A stretch of 64,000 nt of DNA from Eledone cirrhosa (taxonomy: Eukaryota), in the NCBI GenBank assembly GCA_964016885.1, contig OZ024743.1, positions 307,148,001 to 307,212,000 on the forward strand, given 5' to 3'. Position numbers and translations under genes: made by a program. Numbering within the stretch: position 1 is the first letter of the stretch; each line of letters starts with the position of its first letter. The notes beneath the pieces were generated by a model, which saw nothing but the letters and a program-made list of their open reading frames with translations, did not search any database and was not told the DNA's origin. Positions 1 to 14,516 of this stretch are shown piece after piece.

Positions 1-253
1 ACAACACACACACAGAAACAAAATGGCGTAGGACAGAACAAAGGAGAGGCACAGAAACAAAGAAAGGAATCCCCAGTCACTGAAGAGGTCACAGAGTGTG
101 TGACGAAAGGACTATGACTATATATAAACAACTATCTGGTTGTGGAACCAACCAACCAACCAGAAATTTATAAATTTATAAATATATAATAAATTGAAGT
201 GAAAGCAACTGGTGCGTGTGTTTCTTATTGGCAACATGACCCTCCCAAAGTAT

Positions 254-258
<5 letters not shown>
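1..258 (+). mobile_element. Penelope-like element 3' pLTR fragment ending at (TA)n
   Basis: Near-identical to the reverse complement of 29311-29570, the 3' end of the RT/GIY-YIG element; contains a hammerhead core. Confidence 0.75.
75..119 (+). ncRNA. Type I minimal hammerhead ribozyme
   Basis: agtca-CTGAAGA-g-gtcaca[gagtg]tgtgac-GAAA-g ga c-TA-tgact; stems I and II pair. Confidence 0.75.
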
Positions 259-314
<56 letters not shown>

Positions 315-439
315 CATATATATATATATTGTTACACTTCGGGAGGATCCACATGTTTTCAGATAAGAAATTTTGTAACAGAAATAGAAAACGAAGTATA
401 TACGTGTACACACACACTTACATACGACCTTGAAATGAT

Positions 440-550
440 GAAAAACAAAGTTGTCCTTGGTAAGATTTGAACACAGAACGCAGAAAGTCGAGACGAATAC
501 CACAAAACATTCTATCCGATGTTATAATGAATCTGCCAATTTGGCACCTA
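440..550 (-). mobile_element. Degenerate tRNA-derived SINE head
   Basis: Reverse complement resembles the SINE heads at 41013 and 54303 (ggcag...gttctg.gttcaaat). Confidence 0.5.
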
Positions 551-869
551 ATTTAGGGATGATATGAAAGTATTGTTCGGTTTTTAACCAATAATATCGA
601 ACTGAAAGAAATCAGAAGTTAAATCTGGTTTCACATCAAAAAAGGTTTCACATATTCGTAGTAAGAAGAGTTCATGATTTTAAATATCTCGAATATTCTT
701 TTGAAATTTATCCAAAAGATTGCAACACTCTGTAACTTACTCAACTATTGTGGCATATTGAGCTAGAGTCGTTTGCCACAGATTCTGGTTGAGTCCAGCA
801 TTATGTGGCTAAACGGAAGCTAAAAGCTCATCCAATAGATTGTACATGTAATTCAAAGGATCAGGCTCT

Positions 870-1185
870 TCACAATAACGTCTTTGGAGTAGCGTAGGAT
901 GCGTAGCTTGAAGATCAGAGTCACTCCAGGTAGAGCCACTACTTATCCGAATTGAGTGACTACAGCCCCAATATTATGGACATGTGGTAAGAATCGCTGG
1001 ACAGATTTTACGGGCAAAAGCTAACGGTCGGGAACCCAGTGGTAGACCCCGAATATATCGGCTGGATAATTCCATCAGCTTGACTAATCTAGCTTGAGAA
1101 TCTAGCCGGATCAATTGGAGATGGTTGCTTCTGACAGGACCCGTTGGATGGTGTGTTTGAGGACTCTTCCCCCCACCCCCACCCC
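870..1185 (+). pseudogene. Decayed RTE 3' fragment
   Basis: Translates to GHVVR...GREPSGRPR, matching the RTE C-terminal GHV.R...GRP motif. Confidence 0.4.
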
Positions 1186-1430
1186 AAGTATATTATATTA
1201 TATTATATTGTATTACATATAGTATTATAATTCCCGCTCTATATAACCACCTTTGTTTAGCTCTAGTTTTTTGCTTTGGATTATATTTGTAATATGGTTC
1301 AAAATGTTATCCACCTCCTTAGTGATTTTTATTATATATTTTTACCCATAATCTTCCAATACTTTAGTGTATGTACACTCCATATTCTTCGGAGTTTTCG
1401 GCTTGTATTGGCCGATAGTGCTTCTTGTGG

Positions 1431-1483
1431 TTTTGATTGCCCTGATGAGTCCTTAATAGGACGAAACATTGTTGGCTAATAAA
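1431..1483 (+). ncRNA. Type I hammerhead ribozyme in a non-autonomous PLE-like fragment (about 1230-1627)
   Basis: gcc-CTGATGA-gtcct[taat]aggac-GAAA-c att g-TT-ggc; the fragment ends at (TA)n at 1627. Confidence 0.8.
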
Positions 1484-1623
1484 GACTTTTGATGTATTGA
1501 AGGCTTCTTTGTTTTATTTTCATAATTCTTCGGCTCTGTTTAATTACATTGAGCTATACCTTTTACTGTCATTTCTATAATACGAAGAGGGTGTTTAACT
1601 CCAACACGCTCCAGTATTTTAAT

Positions 1624-1658
<35 letters not shown>

Positions 1659-1784
1659 AAGTTTTATTTAAATTGTTGGGTTACAACGAGTAAATATTTA
1701 TAACTGATATAAAAGCACTCAACAAGTATTTGGAGTATATTTACGATATTAAATAAATGGAAACTATATTTATAAAACCATATT

Positions 1785-1850
1785 TATTTCATTATATATA
1801 TTTCAGGGATATCATATTAAAAATATGGTATGCCTTCATCAGACAAAATA
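1785..1850 (-). ncRNA. Type I hammerhead ribozyme
   Basis: tattttgt-CTGATGA-aggcataccatat[tttta]atatgatatccct-GAAA-TATATA-TA-atgaaata; palindromic stem III. Confidence 0.8.
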
Positions 1851-2119
1851 CAATATAAACAGTCTTATAAATAGATAGATTTGACATACCTTACACTTCA
1901 ACTTCCATTTAAAAAGTTGATTTGGTAGTGAAAAATGTTAGGGATAGTTATAGAGAAAAAAAAAAAAAAAGAAAAGAAAGAAAGAAAGAAAACGAAGAAA
2001 AAGAAGAAATGCATGTAACGAAAAACAGAGAGAGATAGATATAGAGAGATAGATAGAGAGAAGAAATTCATGTAAAGAAAAAACAGAGAGAGATAGATAG
2101 AGAGAGAAAAAACAGAGGG

Positions 2120-2150
<31 letters not shown>

Positions 2151-3291
2151 AAAGAGAGAGAGAGAGAGAAAAAATAGAGAGAGATAGATAGAGATAGAGA
2201 TAGAGAGAGAGAAAAATAGGTAGTTGGGCACCAGTTGAATGACGTATCAATGATATATTTATTTATTTATTTATTTATTTATTTAGTTATAGTATTAAGG
2301 TAGAGAGAGATATATGTGGTTAGGAGAGAAAACAGCCGTTACATAGAGAGAAAAGAAAAATATCCAGAGATAAACGAGGCAGATTTAAAACATTATGTTT
2401 CATCAATCTAAAATATCAATTCGTATGAATTAGGTATTATAATGTAAATATCAGTATTCATGAGTGAGACACGTATCAATAATGTGTGAAAAATAATGAT
2501 CATATGTCTAGTTTAAAATTCTTAGGTTTATAATCAGAACTGAGATAAAACTTCAAAAAAAATTGAAATACATAAGTATATATGCACTTTCATGAAAAAA
2601 GAAAAGAAAATAGAAGGTTATCCCAGATTCGACACTATAGACATCCATGTGAATTTACGTGATCAACTCTGCAAATTCTTATTTCACATGAAAACATTCT
2701 CATTGTGCTATAAAAATTCTAGTATACATATATGTGTACATACACACAAATATATATAGAATCTACATTAATTTTAACAATAATATTCTTGCCTTTACTC
2801 TACATGATTATCGTTCAAGCATAGAATAGACAACAGATATCAATATATCAATAAAAATATTAAAAATATTAAAAAAATATTTAAAAATATTAAAAAATAT
2901 AAAAAAATATAATTAAAACGCCAAGAAAATTCCCAGAGTATCTCGGGCCGTAATAAAACACAGTATGCCCCGCATATCAACCACAGAAATCTACCCTTCA
3001 AATTTATTTGACAATATATTGCCAAGTTCATTAGAATCAAAAGCAAACAAAACCAAAATTATTCACCAAATCCTGTCTAGCAGAAATCATTCCAAAAGTT
3101 TAGGATACCCATTTGATCTACAGATGGTCTTATATTTATTATAGAAGTTTATCTAGTGTAAAATTTATTCGATATATTTGGAGCATCATCTTTTAGGGTA
3201 GTTTAATTATTCATGAAGAATGTTTAAAAAAAAGAAATCGAAAGATTTATCGGCGAGTTTCATAAATAATTACAAATCTTAAGTAAATATA

Positions 3292-3600
3292 CTACATTTT
3301 AAATTTATATTTATATTTAAAAGTTGAGTTCAATCTATGTCTGCAGCAACTGAATAAATTTGTCCGTAAATTAAGGGAATTTTTAGATTTTAGTATAAAG
3401 AATATCTCCTCCGCGCAGAGGTCACATGTCTCAGAAGATGAATTAAAAGGAATCCCTCTTGAGACTATATTCCAAGCCGTCGAATATCCAACGTTATCAT
3501 GCTTAAGTTGCCAGAGTAAGCCTGATAGTGATGTTGAAGATTTTTTTGCTTGGATCTGTGAAAGAATTCTTGTGGTTATTATAGCGAAGTTTAAATTCTG
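3292..3600 (-). pseudogene. Penelope GIY-YIG endonuclease C-terminal fragment
   Basis: TSLSGLLWQLK...W.IV...CDLCAEE...LNLRTNLFSCCRHR, typical of the PLE endonuclease C-terminus. Confidence 0.7.
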
Positions 3601-4801
3601 TCGAGGTGGAACCAACATAGTTAAAAGAATTTATTCAGTTGCTGCAGACATAGATTGAACTCAACTTTTAAATATAAATATAAATTTAAAATGTAGTATA
3701 TTTACTTAAGATTTGTAATTATTTATGAAACTCGCCGATAAATCTTTCGATTTCTTTTTTTTAAACATTCTTCATGAATAATTAAACTACCCTAAAAGAT
3801 GATGCTCCAAATATATCGAATAAATTTTACACTAGATAAACTTCTATAATAAATATAAGACCATCTGTAGATCAAATGGGTATCCTAAACTTTTGGAATG
3901 ATTTCTGCTAGACAGGATTTGGTGAATAATTTTGGTTTTGTTTGCTTTTGATTCTAATGAACTTGGCAATATATTGTCAAATAAATTTGAAGGGTAGATT
4001 TCTGTGGTTGATATGCGGGGCATACTGTGTTTTATTACGGCCCGAGATACTCTGGGAATTTTCTTGGCGTTTTAATTATATTTTTTTATATTTTTTAATA
4101 TTTTTTAATATTTTTTAATATTTTTAATATTTTTAATATTTTTATTGATATATTGATATCTGTTGTCTATTCTATGCTTGAACGATAATCATGTAGAGTA
4201 AAGGCAAGAATATTATTGTTAAAATTAATGTAGATTCTATATATATTTGTGTGTATGTACACATATATGTATACTAGAATTTTTATAGCACAATGAGAAT
4301 GTTTTCATGTGAAATAAGAATTTGCAGAGTTGATCACGTAAATTCACATGGATGTCTATAGTGTCGAATCTGGGATAACCTTCTATTTTCTTTTCTTTTT
4401 TCATGAAAGTGCATATATACTTATGTATTTCAATTTTTTTTTGAAGTTTTATCTCAGTTCTGATTATAAACCTAAGAATTTTAAACTAGACATATGATCA
4501 TTATTTTTCACACATTATTGATACGTGTCTCACTCATGAATACTGATATTTACATTATAATACCTAATTCATACGAATTGATATTTTAGATTGATGAAAC
4601 ATAATGTTTTAAATCTGCCTCGTTTATCTCTGGATATTTTTCTTTTCTCTCTATGTAACGGCTGTTTTCTCTCCTAACCACATATATCTCTCTCTACCTT
4701 AATACTATAACTAAATAAATAAATAAATAAATAAATAAATATATCATTGATACGTCATTAATTTTTTCCGTTTATATATATATGTGTAAGAATATTTTCG
4801 A

Positions 4802-4853
<52 letters not shown>

Positions 4854-4855
<2 letters not shown>

Positions 4856-5464
4856 GGTGGCTGCCAACTCGTTTTCGAGTACGGCCACTATTTTATATCC
4901 ATGTAGGAGAACCCCTATCTATGCGCTGAACGAGTGTGACTTTTTAGTCCAGCCAGCGACTTGAAAATTCTGGTACAAACACTACACTTGTGACAATTAC
5001 TGACACATAGTGCTGGGCCCTTGGTACCATGTGACGACAAGTGCAGAGAGATCTCCAGATATAAATCAATGCCTGTGCCGTGAAGCTTTTATAGTGAGCA
5101 AAGGCACTGCACAAAGCCAGTCCCACTCTCTTAACCAAGATGATATTTACCAAAAAGAAGAACAAGCCAACATCATTGGATACCATCAGAGTTGCCGGTG
5201 TTATATCAGAGTTTTCCTTCTCCTAGAATTCTGCCTTGACAAAGGCTAAGGGGTCATCTCTCCCGGTGATTTTGGATGGGCATTGACTCTTAAGAGCTCC
5301 TTTGCCCTTTGACAGGTTTTGTTTTTAGTCCTGCAGGATGTCCAAAGTCACCCTCCTCACCAAGAAACCTTGGTGGGGTTGCCAGTTTAGTCGCCAACGA
5401 CCCGACCATGGGACAGGTTGTACTGGAATACATGTTACCAGTAGCACCAACTGGTGACCTGACA
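4854..5464 (-). repeat. About 610-bp interspersed repeat flanked by microsatellites
   Basis: Inverted near-identical copy at 21207-21816; diverged partial copy at 10088-10280. Confidence 0.8.
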
Positions 5465-5500
5465 TAAAATATAATATACATACATACATACATACATACA

Positions 5501-5590
<90 letters not shown>

Positions 5591-5595
<5 letters not shown>

Positions 5596-5775
5596 TTGGA
5601 GGCGGTTAAAACCAGTTAGACCATTACTCACCAGAGTACTCAATACTTGGGGTAGTAGAGTGGATAATATGAAAAAATTCAGGACCCCGACGGCTGAGCT
5701 CCGGCCGTTTCAACAGCTAGTTCTGACGAGCTGTTGAAACGGAACTCAGCCGTTGGGGTCCTGAATTTTTTCATA
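5591..5775 (-). repeat. Short hairpin-containing (TA)n-flanked repeat
   Basis: Second copy at 23483-23648; internal inverted repeat; related to the arm ends of the 10522-12776 palindrome. Confidence 0.7.
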
Positions 5776-5874
5776 TATATTTATATATAAGAAATAAATA
5801 CCGCTTTTTAGAAAAACAATATAAAAAGTTATAAAGATATGTGGAGAAGTTAAACACAGCTCAAAATAGAGTAA

Positions 5875-6416
5875 TCTAAACTATAATAAAGGAAGGTCTG
5901 CGGGACTGCGTACGGTTTATTTATTTTTTGTCCTGTTTGTAAAATAAGTTGGATTACTTTGAATAAATAATGAATGAATATTACATAATTTATCTACTAA
6001 ATTTCGTAAACAAAAATAATTTCGTAAAAATAAATAATTTAAAATTGACTTGTTTTCAAAATTGCACTTCCGGTATATCGTTGCCACCACCACCACTTCA
6101 ACTACCATATATATATATATAGAAAGAGAGAGTGTGTGATGTCAACACTTCCGGTGGCGATCGCTTAAATAAACATACTAATTTTCTCCTAATGCAATTT
6201 ATATATAATATCGTTTTTTTTTTTTAATGTATCATGGATTACGTTACTGATTAAATAAGACAATGTAACACAGTCTTCTTTCAATTTCTATGTATATTGT
6301 CAATTACGATTTTATTTGATGTATCATATCTACATGTATATATACTGGCGTATAATATCAATATACACACTACACATGCTAGCAGAAAACCACCCGAACG
6401 GCGGTTTTTCTGCTAG
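5875..6416 (+). mobile_element. Non-autonomous Helitron
   Basis: A|TC start; 3' hairpin followed by CTAG|T; the joined flanks match an empty site at 43301-43350 (gtaa|tttattata). Confidence 0.8.
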
Positions 6417-6684
6417 TTTATTATAAAAGCAATATAAAAGGTTATGTATCATACCTTTGAAAGAGTTTTCCAAAAAGGCATGTATACAAATCCTATTGTG
6501 CTAAAAATAATAATTACACATGAAGCAAATTATTCATTAAAATAGACACCAATATATTAATACATTAAATGGTGATTTACGAACGTTTCATCCCCTCGGG
6601 GGACTTTTCAAAACCAGTTATTTAATAATAAATCCTCATTATAATCTCACCAAAGCAATCAACAGCCAGCAGTTACAGAGAATG

Positions 6685-6825
<141 letters not shown>

Positions 6826-6850
6826 GTATATATATATATGTATATATATA

Positions 6851-7582
6851 TCACGATAAATTAACGGAGGCATAGGCCCTCGCTATTCCCTGTAAATAAT
6901 GTGCTCAAAGGATAAGAAATCCTGAGCTCTTTAAAATACAATATGTTGAAAAGGTAACACACCAGAGAGAGATATACAGTGCGTTATCAATAAAACAGGG
7001 GAAAAAACCACCAGTGTATGGAATCTATAACCTATGAAAGGCAGATAATTAAAAATATAAATTAAAGCGTAAATAAATACCTCTATAACTATATAACACA
7101 CGTACAAATCCAAAGATATGTTTCACCCGTAATTTGTTGAAAGAAATGGGTTAGCCTCGGTTCATCAGCGTGTGTAAGGCTATACATTTCAGACAACACT
7201 AAGAGAATTTTAAAATTGACTGTCCAGCTACACGTGGGAGATAGAAGTCACAGCGTGTTTAAGGGGAGTGAACCAGTGGCCTCTGAGGGACGAACTGCTA
7301 GAAAGGGCAGCACAAAGCCACTCAGAGAAGTGTGCTCAACCAAACAGAGATAGGTAAAACTGTTATTAGGAGCGAAATATCACGATAAATTAACGGAGGC
7401 ATAGGCCCTCGCTATTCCCTGTAAATAATGTGCTCAAAGTAGAAGAAATCCTGAGCTCTTTAAAATACAATATAGTCTGCCTTTCATAGGTTATAGATTC
7501 CATACACTGGTGGTTTATTTTCCGTTTTATTGATAACGCATTGTATATCTCTCTCTGGTGTGTTACCTTTTCAACATATTGT
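6851..7582 (-). mobile_element. PLE/retrozyme-like unit (about 529 bp), partial tandem plus inverted arm
   Basis: Unit restarts at 7380; inverted arm about 7480-7582; hammerhead inside; related fold-back copy at 55101-55398. Confidence 0.75.
7096..7175 (-). ncRNA. Type I hammerhead ribozyme with enlarged stem II and III loops
   Basis: acacacg-CTGATGA-acc...ggt-GAAA-ca...tg-TA-cgtgtgt; 7-bp stem I. Confidence 0.75.
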
Positions 7583-7603
7583 ATATATATATATATATAT
7601 ATA

Positions 7604-8387
<784 letters not shown>

Positions 8388-8511
8388 CCACGAACCCTCC
8401 ATCTCAATTCTACTTTTGTAAAGCACAAGAACTGCGAAACCGATAAAGGAACCAAATAAATATTTTTTTCTTTTTAAAGACTCCAGTTGCATTTTCGATT
8501 TCATCTTTTTT

Positions 8512-8569
<58 letters not shown>

Positions 8570-8571
<2 letters not shown>

Positions 8572-9340
8572 ATTGATTGCCATATATATATATATATATA
8601 TGAAATAAACACATGAAACAATCACAAGGGATAATTTGTAAAGTGTGTAAACACACATAGCTAGGTAAGTAACTAATTAAAGTTTAACTAGAACTTCAAA
8701 TATAGATACCTTTTAAAATGATTAATCTTCCTTGTATATATTTCATTCAAGAAATATATTTCACCATTAATCCGTAAACTCACAGTAGTCAAATCTTGGA
8801 TTTTCAACAAGGGAGAAGATTTAACTATCTGTGTTTACACAGCAAATGCAAATCTGCGAATGACCCGTCGCACGTGTTGCATTTTTAAAACTACACACAT
8901 TGTACCAGCGTCATCCCAGTGGCGTGAATTGGATTATCGACAGCTAGGAATAGCAGCGGAGTCCTTTCAACAGAGTTAGCTCTACAATTAAGGGGCCGTA
9001 TATATATCCAAAATTAAATTAAGGGTGTCATGTCCGAGACATCGCCATATCCACCGTAGAATAAGGTCAAAGATTCCAATGAATAGATCTGAGCATTTTA
9101 TATCAACTACGAATTGATTGACATATATATATTTAAAATAAACACATGAAACAATCACAAGGGATAATTTGTAAAGTGTGTAAGCACACACAGCTAGGTA
9201 GGTAACTAATTAAAGTTTAAATAGAACTTCAAATATAGATACCTTTTAAGATGATTAATCTTCCTTGTATATATTTCATTAAAGAAATATATTTCACCAT
9301 TAGATATATATATGTCAATCAATTTCTAGTTGACATATAT
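8570..9340 (-). repeat. About 540-bp unit in partial tandem with a short inverted end
   Basis: 8600-8768 is repeated at 9135-9301; fold-back copy of the same family at 12800-13057. Confidence 0.7.
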
Positions 9341-9414
9341 ACTGTAGTAAATGTTTGGTAGAAATATCCAAGGGAATGAGCACTCAGTCCATAGCAGTAT
9401 GATATATATATATG

Positions 9415-9491
<77 letters not shown>

Positions 9492-10480
9492 AAAAGTTTG
9501 GTCGAAATATCCAAGAGTAAAAGAGCTCAATCTATATTAGGACGAGTTTAGTATAGATGGTTACAACAGTGTTTGTAACTATTTATACTAAACTCGTCCT
9601 ACTATGTAGGTATTGTTTTCTTATGACAGGCTGAATGAGTTGTGGTCCAGAACCCAAGGAAACTTAAGTACCTGTTTATGTCACTGTTGTAACTATGTAT
9701 TATATATATATATATAGGAAAATGTGTGAAATCCTTGGTACAGTTAGGTATATTTGAAAAAAGGAAAAGAATGACTTCACTTGTAGTTCTAAACAATTTG
9801 ATTTAATTTTATAATATTATAATTTTACAATTTAGTTTTGTAGTTCTACAAAACTAAATTATAAAATTATAATATTATAAAATTAAATCAAAGGTCTATA
9901 TATATGTGCGTATGCATATATATTATTATAAAGATTATGCACTTAGAATCCTCAGAGAAGAAACCTTATTGTCTTTAATGATGTTGCTGGAGGGAAGTCC
10001 AAACTATACAACAGCAAAACGAATTTTACATCAATGGTATACTTATTCCTTCAGAGGAATATATATATATATGTACGTATATGTGTGTGTCAGGTCGCTC
10101 TCGAGTGCTACTGGTAACATGTAACCCAGTACAACCTGTCTTATGGTCGGGTGTTGGCGACTAAACCGGCAACCCCCACCAAGCTTGCTTGGTGAGGAGC
10201 GTAATATGTGAACACCCTGCGGGATGAAATACAAGACCCGGCAAAGGGCGGAGGAACTCAGCAGATCCAACGGCCGTCCAAATATTTTTTTTTATTTTTT
10301 TTATACGGATAGGTTAAACTCCGAGGCATAAAAATCCGTGGCAAACATTTGCACCGAAGATGATGACGTCAGTTCCAAAAAGTGTAGTTGGTTCTACACA
10401 AGCCTTCACCACTTATCAGTTCACTTTCTCACATCAACTTTTGTTGGACACTCATACGCCGGATATCGACGGGAGAGTCC

Positions 10481-10521
<41 letters not shown>

Positions 10522-10526
<5 letters not shown>

Positions 10527-12776
10527 AACAAGTAAGACCCGACGGCTGAGCTCAAGCCGTTTCGACGGCTAATTCTGTACTGAATGAAAAATTAATTCTG
10601 GTATTTAAATAGCCGAACTTATCAAGGGGTAATTCCATATATGGTCAAAGAGATAATCACCAGGATTGGTCACATCACAAGTTAGTAGTAAATCTGTGAT
10701 GGCAAGTTGGTGGGGGAAGGGGTAGCTAAACCTGCCATTAGGAGAAAAAGGGGAGAGGGGGTGGAGTAGACCCATTCATACGTTGGTAGTGCCAGCTACA
10801 GCTGGGTGTGAGGTCAAAGAGGATACTGGGGAGGGGGAGGGGGAGGAGGTCGAAACTGTAAGTAGAACAATGAAAGGTAAAACTGTAAAAGGTACTGAGA
10901 GAGAAAAAAATATAAGCAAAATCTGGTTACTAAGACTTAAGTCTCTCGCTATTGCTAGGCTGAAGAAATACATAAATAAATAAATAAACAAAATAGTGAA
11001 TAAAAGAATAGATAAATAAATTTAAAATAAAAAAAAATAAAATAAAAATATATATATATATATAATGTAGAATAAAAAAATAAATGATAATAATTGTTTC
11101 TACTTTAGGCACAAGGCCAGCAATTACCCAGTGCATTACTGGTACTTTATTTTATATAGAAATAAACTAGGTGGGACGGAAATAAAGGGACCCTTATACG
11201 AGGTATAAGTGCGTGTATCGTACGGTGACGGGTCAACAAAAGGGGGGCCAGAATACTAAAGAGACTACCACGAAAATAATAAAGGTTTCTACCCCAAACA
11301 CAGGGCCAGCAACCACCCAGTGCAAGAAAGTAAACTAGTACGAGAATATAATTCAGGGTCTCGCAAAAAAATACTAGTGCTAACTCTAAGGGTACCGCCA
11401 CGAAACAAAAAGTCTTATACAAGCTACATGAAAGATCGTACGAAGTAAAAGTAAAGAACGGAAAATTAATACAGGAACAACCCCCCCCCCCCCAAAAAAA
11501 AAGGGAAAAAGAAAAAAGAGATACTGGATAAACGAGAAATTAAAGCAAAGATGCCACTAAGAAATATAGAAGGCACGGAAAAAGGGGACAGCGGTCGGAG
11601 AAGGGGGCGAGTATCCGAAGTCTAACACCTCTGCTAACACCTTTTTATAGCAGAGGTGTTAGACTTCGGATACTCGCCCCCTTCTCCGACCGCTGTCCCC
11701 TTTTTCCGTGCCTTCTATATTTCTTAGTGGCATCTTTGCTTTAATTTCTCGTTTATCCAGTATCTCTTTTTTCTTTTTCCCTTTTTTTTTGGGGGGGGGG
11801 GGTGTTCCTGTATTAATTTTCCGTTCTTTACTTTTACTTCGTACGATCTTTCATGTAGCTTGTATAAGACATTTTGTTTCGTGGAGGTACCCTTAGAGTT
11901 AGCACTAGTATTTTTTTGCGAGACCCTGAATTATATTCTCGTACTAGTTTACTTTCTTGCACTGGGTGGTTGCTGGCCCTGTGTTTGGGGTAGAAACCTT
12001 TATTATTTTCGTGGTAGTCTCTTTAGTATTCTGGCCCCCCTTTTGTTGACCCGTCACCGTACGATACACGCACTTATACCTCGTATAAGGGTCCCTTTAT
12101 TTCCGTCCCACCTAGTTTATTTCTATTATTATCATTTATTTTTTTATTCTACATTATATATATTTTTATTTTTTTATTTTTTTTTTTTTTATTTTAAATT
12201 TATTTATCTATTCTTTTATTCACTATTTTGTTTATTTATTTATTTATGTATTTCTTCAGCCTAGCAATAGCGAGAGACTTAAGTCTTAGTAACCAGATTT
12301 TGCTTATATTTTTTTCTCTCTCAGTACCTTTTACAGTTTTACCTTTCATTGTTCTACTTACCGTTTCGACCTCCTCCCCCTCCCCCTCCCCAGTATCCTC
12401 TTTGACCTCACACCCAGCTGTAGCTGGCACTACCAACGTATGAATGGGTCTACTCCACCCCCTCTCCCCTTTTTCTCCTAATGGCAGGTTTAGCTACCCC
12501 TTCCCCCACCAACTTGCCATCACAGATTTACTACTAACTTGTGATGTGACCAATCCTGGTGATTATCTCTTTGACCATATATGGAATTACCCCTTGATAA
12601 GTTCGGCTATTTAAATACCAGAATTAATTTTTCATTCAGTACAGAATTAGCCGTCGAAACGGCTTGAGCTCAGCCGTCGGGGTCTTACTTGTTCCTATAA
12701 CGCACTCTACTACACTAAGTATTAAGTACTTTGGTGCGTTACGGTCCACCTGGTTCCTTACCACATTTCCTTCGTT
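10522..12776. repeat. 2.2-kb palindromic insertion between (TA)n tracts
   Basis: Arms 10522-11636 and 11648-12698; 11-bp spacer; mirrored ORFs appear in the ORF track. Confidence 0.9.
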
Positions 12777-13114
12777 ATATATATATATATATATATATAT
12801 CAACTAGAAATTGATTGACATATATATATCTAAAATAAACATATGAAACAATAACAGGGAATAATTTGTAAAGTGTGTAACACACTTTACAAATTATCCC
12901 CTGTTATTGTTTCGTATGTTTATTTTAGATATATATATGTCAATCAATTTCTAGTTGATATAAAATGCTCGGATCTATTCATTGGAAACTTTGAGCATAT
13001 TCTACAGTGAATATTGCGCATGTCTCTCGGACATGACACCCTTAATTTAATTTTGGATATATATATATATATTTATAAAAACGATGTACATGAAATTACA
13101 TAATAATAAAGTTC

Positions 13115-13198
<84 letters not shown>

Positions 13199-13505
13199 CG
13201 ATTGTTTGTATGGTCGTGTTGGTTTGTTGTTTGTGTTGTAGTGTTGATTCGTTTGTTACGTGTGTACTCATTTGTTGCTTGTTGTGTCGTGTGGTCACTG
13301 TTGTGTGCTACAGCGTGACCAGAGTGTGCGGCTAAATAAGTAAGTGTTCAATAAGATGGTGATGATATGATAGTTCCTTAATCACACAGAAAATGAATAT
13401 ACATATAAATGAACTACGATGACACCAAACCGCTATATTATTAATTTGTTGAAAATATCTCACGCCGAAGCTATACGATAAAATATACAAGAATTATGTA
13501 CGTTA

Positions 13506-14129
13506 TCTATATATATATATAAAAGCAAGTCGGTCTGTGTGTCTGTCTGTCTGTGTACAAATACTAGGCCCCTTTTAACTGTTGAAGTACTAGGCCGATT
13601 TCAACCAAATTTGGCACACATGTTGCTTATATGCCAGAGCAGGTTTTGGTTAAATTTTTGGACAAATTTGAAATAAATCGATATTGGGGTCGTAAAATCG
13701 ATTTTGTGTGTATATCTGTCTGTGTACAAATACTAGGCTCCTTTTAACTATTGAAGTACTAGGCCGATTTGCTTCAAGGAATGATATTTCTATGTCCAGT
13801 GGATGGTCAACGTGGTAGTGGCAGCGCCATATTACGCATAGGGTTTAGTCTACTGAAGGACATACGGTGCGTCTATTCCATCTTTATCCCCTTACTCATA
13901 CCTACTCCAGCAAGGCCGGACCTGAAATCATTCACGTCAATTAACTCAAGCTACCCCATGAATTGTTTTTATGTTGCCGTTTATTTCCCTCAATCATGTC
14001 ACTGTACACACATTTTGTTAAACTTTTTTTTACAATTACATTTCAATTCTTTGCTCAACCTTCGGCACTCTTTATACGGACAAACAGGCTGTCATTCATT
14101 TCCCGAGCAACACCGGGTACATCTGCTAG
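13506..14129 (+). mobile_element. Non-autonomous Helitron
   Basis: A|TC start; cccg...cggg hairpin then CTAG|T; precisely absent from the paralog at 23914/23915, with no TSD. Confidence 0.88.
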
Positions 14130-14516
14130 TTTGTTTATAAAAGGAGAGTTAAAGTCGTATTTACCAAGAAGACTTCATGAACTTCACTGGCTGGGTTGAG
14201 TGAGAGCCCAAGAGATAGCGATATAGTGAAAGAGAGAGAGGGTAAGAGAAAGTAAGAGTCTATAAGACACCAAAAGGGTCTGTAGAAAGCAATAATCTAC
14301 ATATTTACTCGATCAAGAACTGCTTCGAACTGATTGCCGCTTGAATAAGACAGTTTATTTATATCTGTCGCTTCCTCTGTCCCCTGGTCGTCCATTCTCA
14401 GGCTTGTTTACGCCCAAATGGAGCTAACCCAGAAAATGACCGTTAAATGTCACCCAGGAGTCAAGGTGTGGACAGCTTTCGCTACACACACATATATATA
14501 CATATAAACATCTATG

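Larger units (their letters stand above)
1656..4775 (-). mobile_element. 5'-truncated Penelope-like element with a 1.1-kb inverted arm (arms 2238-3360 and 3628-4759)
   Basis: GIY-YIG C-terminus in and next to the spacer; hammerhead near the 3' end; (TA)n on both flanks. Confidence 0.8.

Noticed and set aside
5719-5750. CTGACGA...GAAAC hammerhead-like core
   Set aside because: No UH cleavage site and almost no stem II; not retained in the related copies at 23590 and 12640.
10776-12443. Mirrored identical ORFs on opposite strands
   Set aside because: A by-product of the palindrome; low-complexity peptides with no domain motifs.
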